Source: Pseudogymnoascus verrucosus (taxonomy: Eukaryota). Taken from it: a stretch of DNA of 64,000 nucleotides. Positions 25,299-35,903 of this stretch are shown piece by piece. The stretch lies in the NCBI GenBank assembly GCA_001662655.1, contig KV460206.1. One strand, 5' to 3'. A program made the position numbers and the translations under genes. Below the pieces are notes generated by a model, which had not been told where the DNA came from, did no database searches, and saw nothing but the letters and a program-made list of their open reading frames with translations. The number at the start of each line of letters is the position of its first letter. Position 1 is the stretch's first letter.

Positions 25299-26126
25299 AG
25301 TGAGATGAAAGAACTAGCAAAGATGTCTAGATGAAATTGAATGAAGATGCGATGATCGGATGAGCATACGGGGATCAGAGCATTGTATACAGGTCTGAAG
25401 AACCCAGGACTCGTGGGTGTCCGCAGCAGAAGGAGAGGAAGGACGGGATACTCAGCTCTCTCCAGCTGTCAGATCTGCCACCAATCAGCTGAATGTTATG
25501 GTAAGCTGATCGAGTTGTCCACGAAAATTAGCCATCGTTCAGCATCATATCACTAGGTTACCCAATTAAGATCTGGATCCTGGCGGACTTTTCGCCCGAC
25601 TTTCCGGCCCCTTGAAGGTTGCTTAACTTGCATGACATGATATTCAAATCAGCCTCAAGTCAGCCCCCGGAAAAAAAAGGGTTTGTGGCTTTCCAAACAC
25701 TCTTATTACTCCACGGGGTTACAAGGTCAGGCCAACAAGGACACAGTGGAACAGTCCAATTTAGCCGAGGGTGCCTCTATTCATCCACCGCCCTACTTCT
25801 AGTATCGTTCTGGACTCGAATTACATCGACTTACACTCACACTACTCCTTCCATAGCATCAACCAATCAAACATCTAGTATCTTTTCGTTAGAAACTCCG
25901 GAAATTATTAGCTAGCCTAATACTGCGATTGGGTCTAAGAACATCATTGAGAGGAGTAAAGATGAGCATCGTATTTGATAGTTCAAAGTGGAATGACTCT
26001 GAGAAAAGTGATATGATAGATACCATCAGCCAATTAATTCCTGGCCGTATAATTCTCAGACAGTGGTTACTTTAGAAGTCAATTAGACCCAACGATCTAC
26101 TTTCATTACAGACAGACATAGTCATA

Positions 26127-28075
26127 ATGACGGTGCTATCGGACCTTGCAGGTGCTTCCCCCAGCGCCCTAGTGGCACTGGCGATCTCTCTGTCTCTGTA
26201 CACATGTTATAGTGTGTTTATATCATACTGGAGACTCCGCGATGTACCGGGACCATTCTGGGCGAAATTTACTGATTTCCAACGAATGTTCTGGGTCAAG
26301 ACGATGCGTGCTCAGGAGATCCATCGAGAAGCACATGAGAAGTATGGAGACTGCGTCCGATTTGGACCAAACACCGTATCCCTGTGTGATCCAGCAATGA
26401 TTCCTATCCTCTATCCCATGAGGAGTGGCTTCCCCAAGGTATACTTCCAGTATCTATTTCACACCCAGACACCAATGCTGATAAGACCATAGAGTTTGTT
26501 CTACCGAGGAATTATGCCTTACGCAAAAGGCGGTGCTTTCCCTGCAGTTTTCACTACTCAAGACGAACAAATGCACAAGACTCTGAAAACACCAGTGGCA
26601 TCTCTTTACTCTCTGACTAACGTGATTAATTTCGAACCCTTCATCGATGAAGTGCTTGAGGTTATGTTTAACCAGCTGGATGCCCGTTTTGTTGAAACAT
26701 TTGCGGTCTTTGATCTCGGAGATTGGATCCAGTACTTTGCTTTTGATGTCATGGGTACAATGACCTTTTCGAAGCGATACGGATTTCTGGAAAATGGAAA
26801 TGATGCAAACGGCCTTCTCCGTGCTATATGGGACTTCATGTTGACTATTGGCCCGGTATGTTTTTTCTCATACGGAACGCATTTTAAGCTGTGAAAAACC
26901 TGTCTAAAATCATTTAAGATGACGCAGTTTCCGAAATTGGACAGAATTCTCTACAAAAGTTTTATTGCCGATATATTGAAGAATCAAGTTGCTGTCCCAA
27001 TTCTGAGAATTGCATCAGAAGCTGTCGAAGCGCGGCAGAAAGATGCGCAGAAATTTTCCGTCGATGAAAAGAAGACTCCTGGGAAGGGCGACTTCCTGTC
27101 TCATTTCATCAGGATCCAGGAAACCAACAATTCCATTCCGGCTTGGTAGGTTAAGCTCCTCACTCCTTCTGGTGAAAGACTAACAAGTAATAAGGGCATC
27201 GAAGACATGGACATTTTCAAATGTTATTGCTGGCTCAGATTCCACAACTGTAGTCATGCGTACTGCTGTATACCACCTTCTCGCCAATAAAGACTCTCTT
27301 GCAAAATTGGTTCGAGAGTTCTGCGAAGTAGATGCAAAGTCTGGTCTCACTCGCCCATTTCCAAAATGGAATGAGGTGAAAAATCTCCCGTATTTGGATG
27401 CCTGCGTGAATGAAGCTGTTCGTCTGCATCCTCCATTTGCACTTCCTCTAGAGCGTGTTGCACCAAGGGGTGGAGTGACCATTAGTGGACATCATTTTCC
27501 AGAGGGTACATGCATTGGGAGTAAGCCTATTTTAATCTTACTTTATTATCCGATTTTCTTAAACCTTGCCCTTGGAGAGGATTTCGTTCTGATTCCATTC
27601 TGATTTCATTCATTCCCAGAGAAGTTACGCTAACTTTTCAAGTGAATCCCTATGTTGTCAACAGACATCGCCCGACATTTGGTGAGGATGTTGATGCGTG
27701 GAGACCAGAGCGGTGGCTTGTAGATGACCCGGCTTTGAGAAAGAAGCTCGAAGGGAGTGTTATGACTGTATGTCTCGTTTCGGTCATGTTTCAATTACGA
27801 GGAGTACTAGAAGACTTTGCTGACTGTCATTGTTAGTTTGGTGCCGGTAGACGCACATGCATCGGCAGATATATTGCTTTCTTGGAAATTAAGAAGCTTT
27901 TGCCTGCCCTTTTTTTGAATTACGACGTAAGTCCCCTCTTGCAAGCTCGGAATTTGTACCCACTCTAAATTTCACACAGATCGAGCTTATTGACCCAAAA
28001 TCATATTTTGTAGAGAGCTCTTACTTCTTTAGACAGGAAGGCATCGATGTGCGGATCCAGAGGAAGGTGTTCTAG
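26127..28075 (+). CDS. Cytochrome P450 monooxygenase, about 6 introns
   Basis: N-terminal TM helix and PGP; I-helix AGSDST; ExxR (EAVR); WRPERW; heme motif [10 protein letters not shown]; stop TAG at 28073-28075. Confidence 0.94.
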
Positions 28076-28650
28076 TTCAAGGCAAACCGTCGGGGACCAC
28101 ACAGTGACCGCAATCAAAGGGAGGTAGTTAAGCCTATTTCAACTCATTACCCATGTATCTAGCTACAAGTATTTCAGGAGCATGAATGAAAATAATATGA
28201 AGCTGGACATAGAATTGCCCAGTCTAGTGCCCGCTAGACTTTCCTGTTACTACTCATGAGCTTCTTGAGTGTGTTTTTCTAAACTCCACAGATTAGTCTT
28301 TTCTGAGTATAATTCATTCCTAGTACAGTCAAATAGGTCGCTGATCTGCTATGGATGCCACTAAGATAGTTTTATAAGCCTTTATCTAGTTCTTTGGCTA
28401 TCATGGTGAGATTACTACTAATTGTCTGGACACTGGAGGCTTAGAAGTTTTTCACGCCTATGGCTGACAACAATATGAATCTTTAGGAAGGCCAAATCAT
28501 TGATATCTCAAAAAGGGAACACACTGAAAAAAAAATATATATATATATGAAGAAACACCGCGATATCAAGAGAGCAGGTCAAGGCGTTGTTCTTATTACG
28601 AGTCTACAAAACGATCCCTACAGTATCCACCAGCACGATTTCTCCCCGGC

Positions 28651-29034
28651 TCAATCCTTTGTGGTAGTATATGTCCCACTCAATAAAACAGCCCTGCCCT
28701 TCGAGTGGATTGGAACTCCCAGCTTTCCTTCCATGGTCTTTCTCGCCTCGGGAACCTCAATCTTCGCCATGAATCTCTTTGCTGCAGCTTCATCTTCAAA
28801 TTCAATTATAGAGATGCCGTCAAAAGGGAAGTCCTCCTGTTCCCCCACAATAATGTCGGCAGGGTAGCCAGGCTCTTCAGAGCGCTTGACGTACATTCGG
28901 GTGTGTGATGTGGGAAATGTATCACCGGCATTGTTTTTGATGATGTTGATGATGTCTTGTTCGAAGTGTTTCTCGAAAACGGCAGGACTTTCATCGGGTT
29001 TGCGTGTGAAGACAACGAGTGCTCTGTACGGCAT
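28651..29034 (-). CDS. EthD/Dabb-like dimeric alpha-beta barrel protein
   Basis: 127 aa; TRKPDESPAVFEKHFE, AGDTFPTSHTRMYV and FDGISIIEFEDE match fungal EthD-domain proteins. Confidence 0.75.
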   Translation of the reverse strand: MPYRALVVFTRKPDESPAVFEKHFEQDIINIIKNNAGDTFPTSHTRMYVKRSEEPGYPADIIVGEQEDFPFDGISIIEFEDEAAAKRFMAKIEVPEARKTMEGKLGVPIHSKGRAVLLSGTYTTTKD

Positions 29035-29649
29035 TGTGGCGGGGGCTATTAAACGGAATGGGCTGAGCTAGGACGCGAAATTTATGCTTTTGCTATCTTT
29101 CAGCGTGGTCCATATCAAGTTCTGGAATGAAGGCTTGCTTACTTTTTAGAGTTAAAGGGTATGGGAGCTCTGGTACCACTGTTCGTTCAAACCCGATTAG
29201 CGATATGTCCACACAGTAATGTCACTTATAGTTCAATAGCATGGAACAGCCTCCATTGTGCCATTCCAGGCTGGACAGAGACAGAGCCGTGTAATAACTC
29301 CGCATAGGGGCTGACAATCTAAATAAAGCGGGGGTCTGTAGATGGAGTATTTCGTGGCATGAAATTCTCCGATGCGATTACATTATGGAGTTTTTTTGGA
29401 GACGACATTGCCGATTGCGGAGTTAATGTTTCGTAGAAGCCAACTGTTTGGTGGGGGGGCACAGCGTCCGATGTTCAGCGGTCATAGCCCGCAATTCCAC
29501 AGCTGACACGGCAGACTTTACCGACTCTGACTCTCTAGAGTCGGCTGGCACCAGAGTAGAAATGGATAGGGAATGAATACGAAATAGAGCTTTATTGTTC
29601 GCCACTATGGCAATTAGAAAGTCCGATTTGTTAATCTCTGGAAAGTATA

Positions 29650-30129
29650 ACATATTTCACAAGCGAATGAGGCACACAAGCGAGTGAGGCACAAAAACAC
29701 AAAAATCTGACTATTACTACTACTACTACACCACCACCCTATAACAGAGCTCTTGCCTTATTCAGAGAGTAGAAGGTTAGCTATTTCTTGTACAGCTTGC
29801 AGCTAGGGCAGAAATCTATATAAATCTTTGTTAAGGATATACTAAACAAGAGCTAACTCTTTGTACAGAGTCAACTTATATAAGTTAGAGGTATAGTTGC
29901 ATTACAAAGGCATACTGTGAATTTGTTAGCAGAGGGTTTCTAGGTCTATATTATATAATACTGCAGCACCCTAGACACTTTGAATCTAGCCCTGCTTAAT
30001 TGCTTAGATAGTATTCTACCCTCTTTATTAGAGTATTAGGCTTGTGTTAGTAGTGGCATAGTTGACTGTAGTTAAGTTTACATGTTCTAATGTTTTTGTA
30101 GCTTACTTGCTTATATGCCTCACTTACTT
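29650..30129. mobile_element. Non-autonomous TIR element (MITE-like, Fot1/pogo-style TIR), RIP-mutated
   Basis: 29661-29699 matches the reverse complement of 30091-30129 at 30 of 39 positions, 8 of the 9 mismatches being transitions; AT-rich interior; TA just 5' of 29650. Confidence 0.75.
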
Positions 30130-30360
30130 TAATTAGCTACTTTATAAGTGTAAAATCATAAGATAATAGATTGTTAGTTAATAATCATAGAGTCAAAAGG
30201 AGGACTTTGGTTTTCGTCACTTGATATAGCCTGAAATCAGCCCTAATCGTATAGACTTAACCTATATTTTCTTTTAATAAGCACAGCTACAAAAACGCAC
30301 AGGAACTGGCAAAAAAACAACGAAAATCAAATAGAGAAACATACATCTGCATAAGTAGTC

Positions 30361-31868
30361 TTATTCCACACTCCCCAGAAGCTTCTGAAACGCACTCTGT
30401 GCCTCCTGCAACATGGCCTGCTGGTCCCAATGCCAGATTCGGTGAGATCGCCAAGTAAGCTCAGCTTGACATTTTTCCCAATCCCGCATTGTCTCTGGAT
30501 ACCTCCATTCTAGCACCTGTCCGATCACCCGGCTACTCTCCGCCACCCATTGTGAACGCTCTTTCCGCACATGGGAGTATGCGTTGAGAGCCGCTCTCAC
30601 AGCAGCAGCTCGGTTGAGCTTCGAAAACAAAGCAACATTAGCCAGCAGTGTCGACAAGACTAAACCGTCCTCAATTCCCATACCAGCGCCGGCTCCACTA
30701 TACGCAAATTAGTATGGGAATCAAATAATAAATGAACTGGTGAACAGCTGCCCAACGGCTTGGAAGCTGCACGCTTTTCTGACTTTGGGAAATGCAGGCA
30801 ACAATTCGACGTACTGATGAGGAGAAGTGGCATGTGCTGCATCTCCAGCAATGCACACCCGGCCCTTTGCAAAGGTTGGTGTGGGGTTGTCGACGCTGTC
30901 AAAAATTCCCCATAGATCGGGTGTAGGATTCCTCTCAATCATGGCCTTTATGAGGTTCCGGACGGGGGCGCCAAAATCTTTGTAGGCCTCGATAGCTTTC
31001 TGCCCACCTCCCTTCCTAGTTAGCTGTGTTGGGTCAGGCCAATCACTTGGATCCTCGATCAAAGCGACCACATTGATCATCTTGCCGTGAGCGATTGGGA
31101 CAGTGACAACATGGCCACCTGGTCCGAGATGCATGTGCCGATTGCGAGCTTTGAAGTCTCCCAGAATCTCTATAGCTTGGTCCATGGGAACCACATCACG
31201 CAAGGCGTACTGGTGATTGTAGGAAGGCTCTGCTGCTGGATGGCTCTCACCCAAAATCAACTTTCGTACCCGGCTCTTGATACCATCACAGCCAATAACT
31301 GAAACCATGAAGTAATTAGAGTACGGATCAAGTCGAGAGCAGGCACAAACTTACCAACATCCGCTTGAGCCGTGCTGCCATCTTTGAAGTGCATCTGAAC
31401 CTTTGCACCGTCGCCTGGATCCACAATGTCTACGATTGACTTATTGAACTGGATAATCTCCGGGGGTATGAGTTTGAGCATTTCATCGAGAAAGTCCGCC
31501 CGCACACAGCCTTCAAAACCTCGATAGCCAGCATGTAACTTAAATATGAGCTCCTCAACATCACTACTGTACCCATCCAGATATAATAGCCAGTCATTTG
31601 GATTTTTTGGGTCACCGTTTGCGGTCGTTACTTTCTGCTGGGCAGCAAAAGCACCTGGGTTCAGCAACTGCAGGGCCTGTTGAGTGTTTGGAGTGAAACC
31701 GATCCCTGCCCCAATAGGGCGGAAAGCAGATGTTTTTTCGTAGAGCTTCACTCTTATCCCACGATGAAGTAGTCCAGTGACGAGAGCTAACCCCACAATT
31801 CCTCCGCCAACGACTGCAACTCCGAAATGATCGTCATCATGGCATCCATTCTCCTCCGCCGTTGTCAT
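30361..31868 (-). CDS. FAD-dependent monooxygenase, TropB/AzaH/AfoD/SorbC family (oxidative dearomatisation), 2 introns
   Basis: GGGIVG, GAGIGFTPN, RADFLD, IGCDGIKSRVR, spliced AGDAAHATSPHHGAGAGMGIEDG, RSQWV, IWHWD. Confidence 0.92.
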
Positions 31869-32265
31869 CTTGTCTGATAGCCGCCCAGGTAGCTCTGTAA
31901 TTGTTTGGTGAATACCTTCTTAAACAAACTGGTTGCCTCTACAGCGACATCTTAAAATCTGAAAGTTAACGTCAACAATAAGAAATTTCGGAAAGTTTTC
32001 AGTGATGATCCTTACCTAGAATATACTATGCATATTGTTACTAAATATGGCAATAGTCTTCAGGTATCAGGGTTGTTAGACATACTCGGAGTATGTATAC
32101 TCCAGTCACAGAAACCCGAGACTCAAACAATCTATATACTTACTCTCTCCGCAGATGAACTAATCATGGAGTGAAATCAAATACAGCCAAAACTTCATTC
32201 CACGCAATACTTCAGATTCTGTTTTTTCTTCTTCTTCGGGAATTGTTCAATACACACCGGCGAAA

Positions 32266-33660
32266 ATGGGATCCATTGCAGAAGACTACAACAATTTTGC
32301 TCGATACCAAGATATCTTTGGCCAGCTTCGTCTCTTGAAGAGCTACACCCATTTCCTCCTCTGTTTTCCCATTCCAGAAGGCACATCGCACGACACGATT
32401 GTTGAAGGGCTCAGATCGGCAACCCTCAAGGTCACTTCAACATTCCCATGGCTCACGGGCAAAGTTATCAACGAGGGCAGCGGGAAGGGGAGCTCAGGCC
32501 TCTTCAAAGTAGCCCACTGTCCACAATGGGAGCCTCCAAACTCAATTCTGCGGGTGAAAGATTGTTCGCATATCTGCCCGTCTTTCGCTGAGATTATGAG
32601 AGAAAAGGGGCCCATCAAATTCTTTAATCCAAAGGATCTTGCTCCCACCGTTGCATTTCCCCAGAGCTATCAAGAGACAGATGATGATCCAGCTTGTGTT
32701 TTTGCGCTGCAGGCAAACATTGTTGAGGGAGGTCTACTGCTGGACATTGCCGCACAGCATAATATCATGCCCGGCGGAGGAATCCTCCAATTTTTGTCAC
32801 TTCTATCGAAGGTGATGAATGGAGGCGAGATCACTACCTTTGAGATTGAGCAGGGAAATCGAGACCGCCGAAACATGGTGAAGCTGCTGGGGCCGGACGA
32901 ACCTATCATTGATCTCGGTCGTTACCGTCGGCCATCACTTCTCGAGGCTTCCATCCCCGCTGTGCCCGCGCCTCATGGAAAATGGTGCATGTTCAGGTTC
33001 TCAGCCGCCAGTATCAACGCCCTGAAGAAAATGGCCAGTGACACATCAAAGTTCGTTGAAGGTATCACCTTTGTCTCGAGCAACGACACTCTCACCAGCT
33101 TCATCTGGAAACGCATTGCGGCCATCCGCCTTCGTCGCATGGTAGACCCAAATGCCTCCTCCAAGTTTGTCAGGGCGGTTGATGTCCGACCAACAATGGG
33201 CGTGCCGAATGAATACATGGGCCACATGGTCTACAACACTTTCACGACGCTCACCATGCGCGAGGTTGACGAGCTGCCCTTCCCAACGCTGGTGTCGTTG
33301 ATGCGGAAGAATCTCCAGGAGGATGTGAACGAGTATGCCGTGCGAAGCTTTGTCACACTTCTCGATCGCACCCCAGACAAAACCACAATAATGTACGGTG
33401 GCGAGATGCAACCAGACACCGATGTCGCCTTCACATCTCTTGCTCAGTCAGACCTGTACAATGTTAGCTTTGGTGCCTTAGGAAAGCCTGCTTTACTCAG
33501 AAGACCAAACTTCATCCCTCGTACCACGACTTCCATGATCTTCCCCAAGGCACCGGATGGTTCTTTAGATGTGATGGTGTGCTTGTCAGAGGATGACCTG
33601 GACCAATTAAAAGCTGATCCTGTGTGGAGCTCTCATACTGAACTCATTGATAAAGACTAG
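32266..33660 (+). CDS. O-acyltransferase, Tri101/AzaD/MrPigD-like (BAHD fold), with non-canonical HxxxP motif
   Basis: Intronless 464 aa; DIFGQL..LKSYT, FPWLTGKV, QANIVEGGLLL..AQHNIMPG, SSNDTLTSFIW, RAVDVR, FGALGKPALLRRP. Confidence 0.88.
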   Translation: MGSIAEDYNNFARYQDIFGQLRLLKSYTHFLLCFPIPEGTSHDTIVEGLRSATLKVTSTFPWLTGKVINEGSGKGSSGLFKVAHCPQWEPPNSILRVKDCSHICPSFAEIMREKGPIKFFNPKDLAPTVAFPQSYQETDDDPACVFALQANIVEGGLLLDIAAQHNIMPGGGILQFLSLLSKVMNGGEITTFEIEQGNRDRRNMVKLLGPDEPIIDLGRYRRPSLLEASIPAVPAPHGKWCMFRFSAASINALKKMASDTSKFVEGITFVSSNDTLTSFIWKRIAAIRLRRMVDPNASSKFVRAVDVRPTMGVPNEYMGHMVYNTFTTLTMREVDELPFPTLVSLMRKNLQEDVNEYAVRSFVTLLDRTPDKTTIMYGGEMQPDTDVAFTSLAQSDLYNVSFGALGKPALLRRPNFIPRTTTSMIFPKAPDGSLDVMVCLSEDDLDQLKADPVWSSHTELIDKD

Positions 33661-33994
33661 ATGGCAAAGTGATTCGTAGTATGAGATTGAGGTATTTTTT
33701 TTTGGATGTCGAGCACATTTTATTTCCTACCTTATGTAGAGAGCTGCAATAAAGTTAACACTTTGACGTACCTTCTTCACTCTCTTACTACAAGTAAGCT
33801 CTGTGTAATCGTAAAGACTGACTGGATACGGTCTCAATGCAGTTTTATTACGTTGGGGATCGACTTTCTGATCACCTCTAACATCTCTGGTCTGCGTTTA
33901 CATCTCACGCAAGGCTGAACCCCAGTTAAATAAATAACATCTTTCTCGAGACATAGTAAAACCTGATGTTCCAGTATCACTCTAAAACTAAAAA

Positions 33995-34855
33995 CTAGCA
34001 TACCCAGCTAAACGCATTGAGGTCCTCAAAGACACCCGTCTGTTCACTGAGGTCCAAAATCTGATCAACAACGGCAGAAACATCGCCACTCCTCAACGGC
34101 ACGCGATGATCACCATCCCAGGATACTAGCCGTACGCTTTCCTTCTCGAAGAACTCCTCCATGAACCGCTGATGCATTTTCAGTCCTGGATCAAACTTCC
34201 CATGGACATGAATGGTAGGAATACGAAGAACGTAGTGAACAAAACATTTTCGGTTCAAAGATCCAGCGTCATAACTGCTGAGAGATGGCGTAGCTGCGTC
34301 GTGAAAGGCGGACGTCATGACCAATTCTGGATCCATGGACACCAACGGCCCTCTTCCCGCCATTATTACAGCAAAGCGGAAGTTCAACTTTCTTTTGTAG
34401 CCACCCCAAGGGAGTCGAGCCCCTAATTTATCCGCCAGAATTTGCTGGTGGAAGAGCAGCGAGGCACACATCTTCGCCCCTTGACTGAAACCCAACAATG
34501 CAACCCACTCCCCTGTCCCCCCTTTCCGGTCGTCCTCATTGATAGCTCGCTGAAGCGAGTCCTCAATATCCATCACAGCCTCATCTGCGGTGATCTCAGG
34601 GTGATCCAGCGTCCATCTGAGCCAGCGGCGGAATGGAGCCCAGTCGGCGTAGACTGACATAACATCGGGCCCTGCCTGGGAAGAATAAGGGGCATCGGCG
34701 AAAACGAGGCGGAAGTGAGCCTTAAGCTGGGCATTGAGTTTCCGACATTGCGCTTGAAATATCTTGGCATTAGAACCTCCGCCATGAAGACATAGAATTC
34801 GAGGCAGGTGAAGACTCGGGTTATCTTGTGCTTCTTGGGTGAAAGCAAGTGGCAT
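33995..34855 (-). CDS. FSH1-family serine hydrolase (AfoC/AzaC/CitA-like PKS-associated esterase)
   Basis: ATG at 34855; RILCLHGGGSN, GFSQG nucleophile elbow, HVHGKFDPG, GDHRVP. Confidence 0.9.
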   Translation of the reverse strand: MPLAFTQEAQDNPSLHLPRILCLHGGGSNAKIFQAQCRKLNAQLKAHFRLVFADAPYSSQAGPDVMSVYADWAPFRRWLRWTLDHPEITADEAVMDIEDSLQRAINEDDRKGGTGEWVALLGFSQGAKMCASLLFHQQILADKLGARLPWGGYKRKLNFRFAVIMAGRGPLVSMDPELVMTSAFHDAATPSLSSYDAGSLNRKCFVHYVLRIPTIHVHGKFDPGLKMHQRFMEEFFEKESVRLVSWDGDHRVPLRSGDVSAVVDQILDLSEQTGVFEDLNAFSWVC

Positions 34856-35903
34856 GTTGTATGACAGTCGATGTTCCGGGAGTGTTAAAAAGAGGAATCT
34901 TTTCGTCGGTGGGAATTGACATTGTCTGTACGAAATAACGATAAACAGATCATAGTAGGAAGTCAAGTTGAATTTGCTGTTAAGCCCACTTCATCGTCCA
35001 TACAGAGTAAAATAATCGACCACGGCGACCCAAAGCCTGAGTTCTCAGGTGCCGGTAAACGCAGTGCTGTACACGCCCATGCCGGTCTAGTAAGAATATT
35101 GATCTCTGAATATTCAGCTAGATACTGCAGAATCGATCGAGCGAGACGTCACTTGTAGAGGCTGGAGTTAAAATAACTTAATCTCGGGGTATTTGACAGG
35201 AATGGGAGTTATAAATAGTCCGGGACAGTATTACACAGACAGCCGTCAGCATCTACCGATCCGAGCCACATCAAAAGTCCGATTGGTGACATAGTAATCA
35301 ACACAAGAGAGTAGAGTATTAGCGACACGTTGGTACGAAAGGAGTTTCTTGGGGGTTTTGGGGCCGGACTTTTTTCATTTTTCGCCGAATCTCGCATGTA
35401 AAGTAGTGAATTTGAGGAAGCTGCAGACATCTACATGCCGTTTTCTTCTCTGGATTCTCCATTGGTGTTGTAAGCATTACTGGGGTATGCATGCTTGGGA
35501 GAATCCTGGTGCTCTGGAGGAAGCTACTTCCAGCCAGACTAGTATCGTAGGAGAGGGATGAATCAGATGGGCACTTCAATTTGTCCGCAAATTTCCTAAA
35601 GAGACACGGGCTTGCTGGAAACAAAACGCACGCAAGACTCTATGAATTAAAACTCCGTGGGAGAGAATACGGCTGTGAATACTGTACAGTCAACCGGTGA
35701 TATCTGTCGCTTCTCTACAGGTCATCGAGTGCCTTCAGTTTTATTTCTCTCCCTGGAATTATTGTGTGCAAAATAAATGATCATCGCTACTGCGGAATAT
35801 TGTCCAATCGCAACGTAACAGATACCTTGTCACTGACACAGGTCTTCAGACGAGGCTCCCATCCTTTTTGGCGACTCCAACATACGCAAAAATATAGAGC
35901 AAA

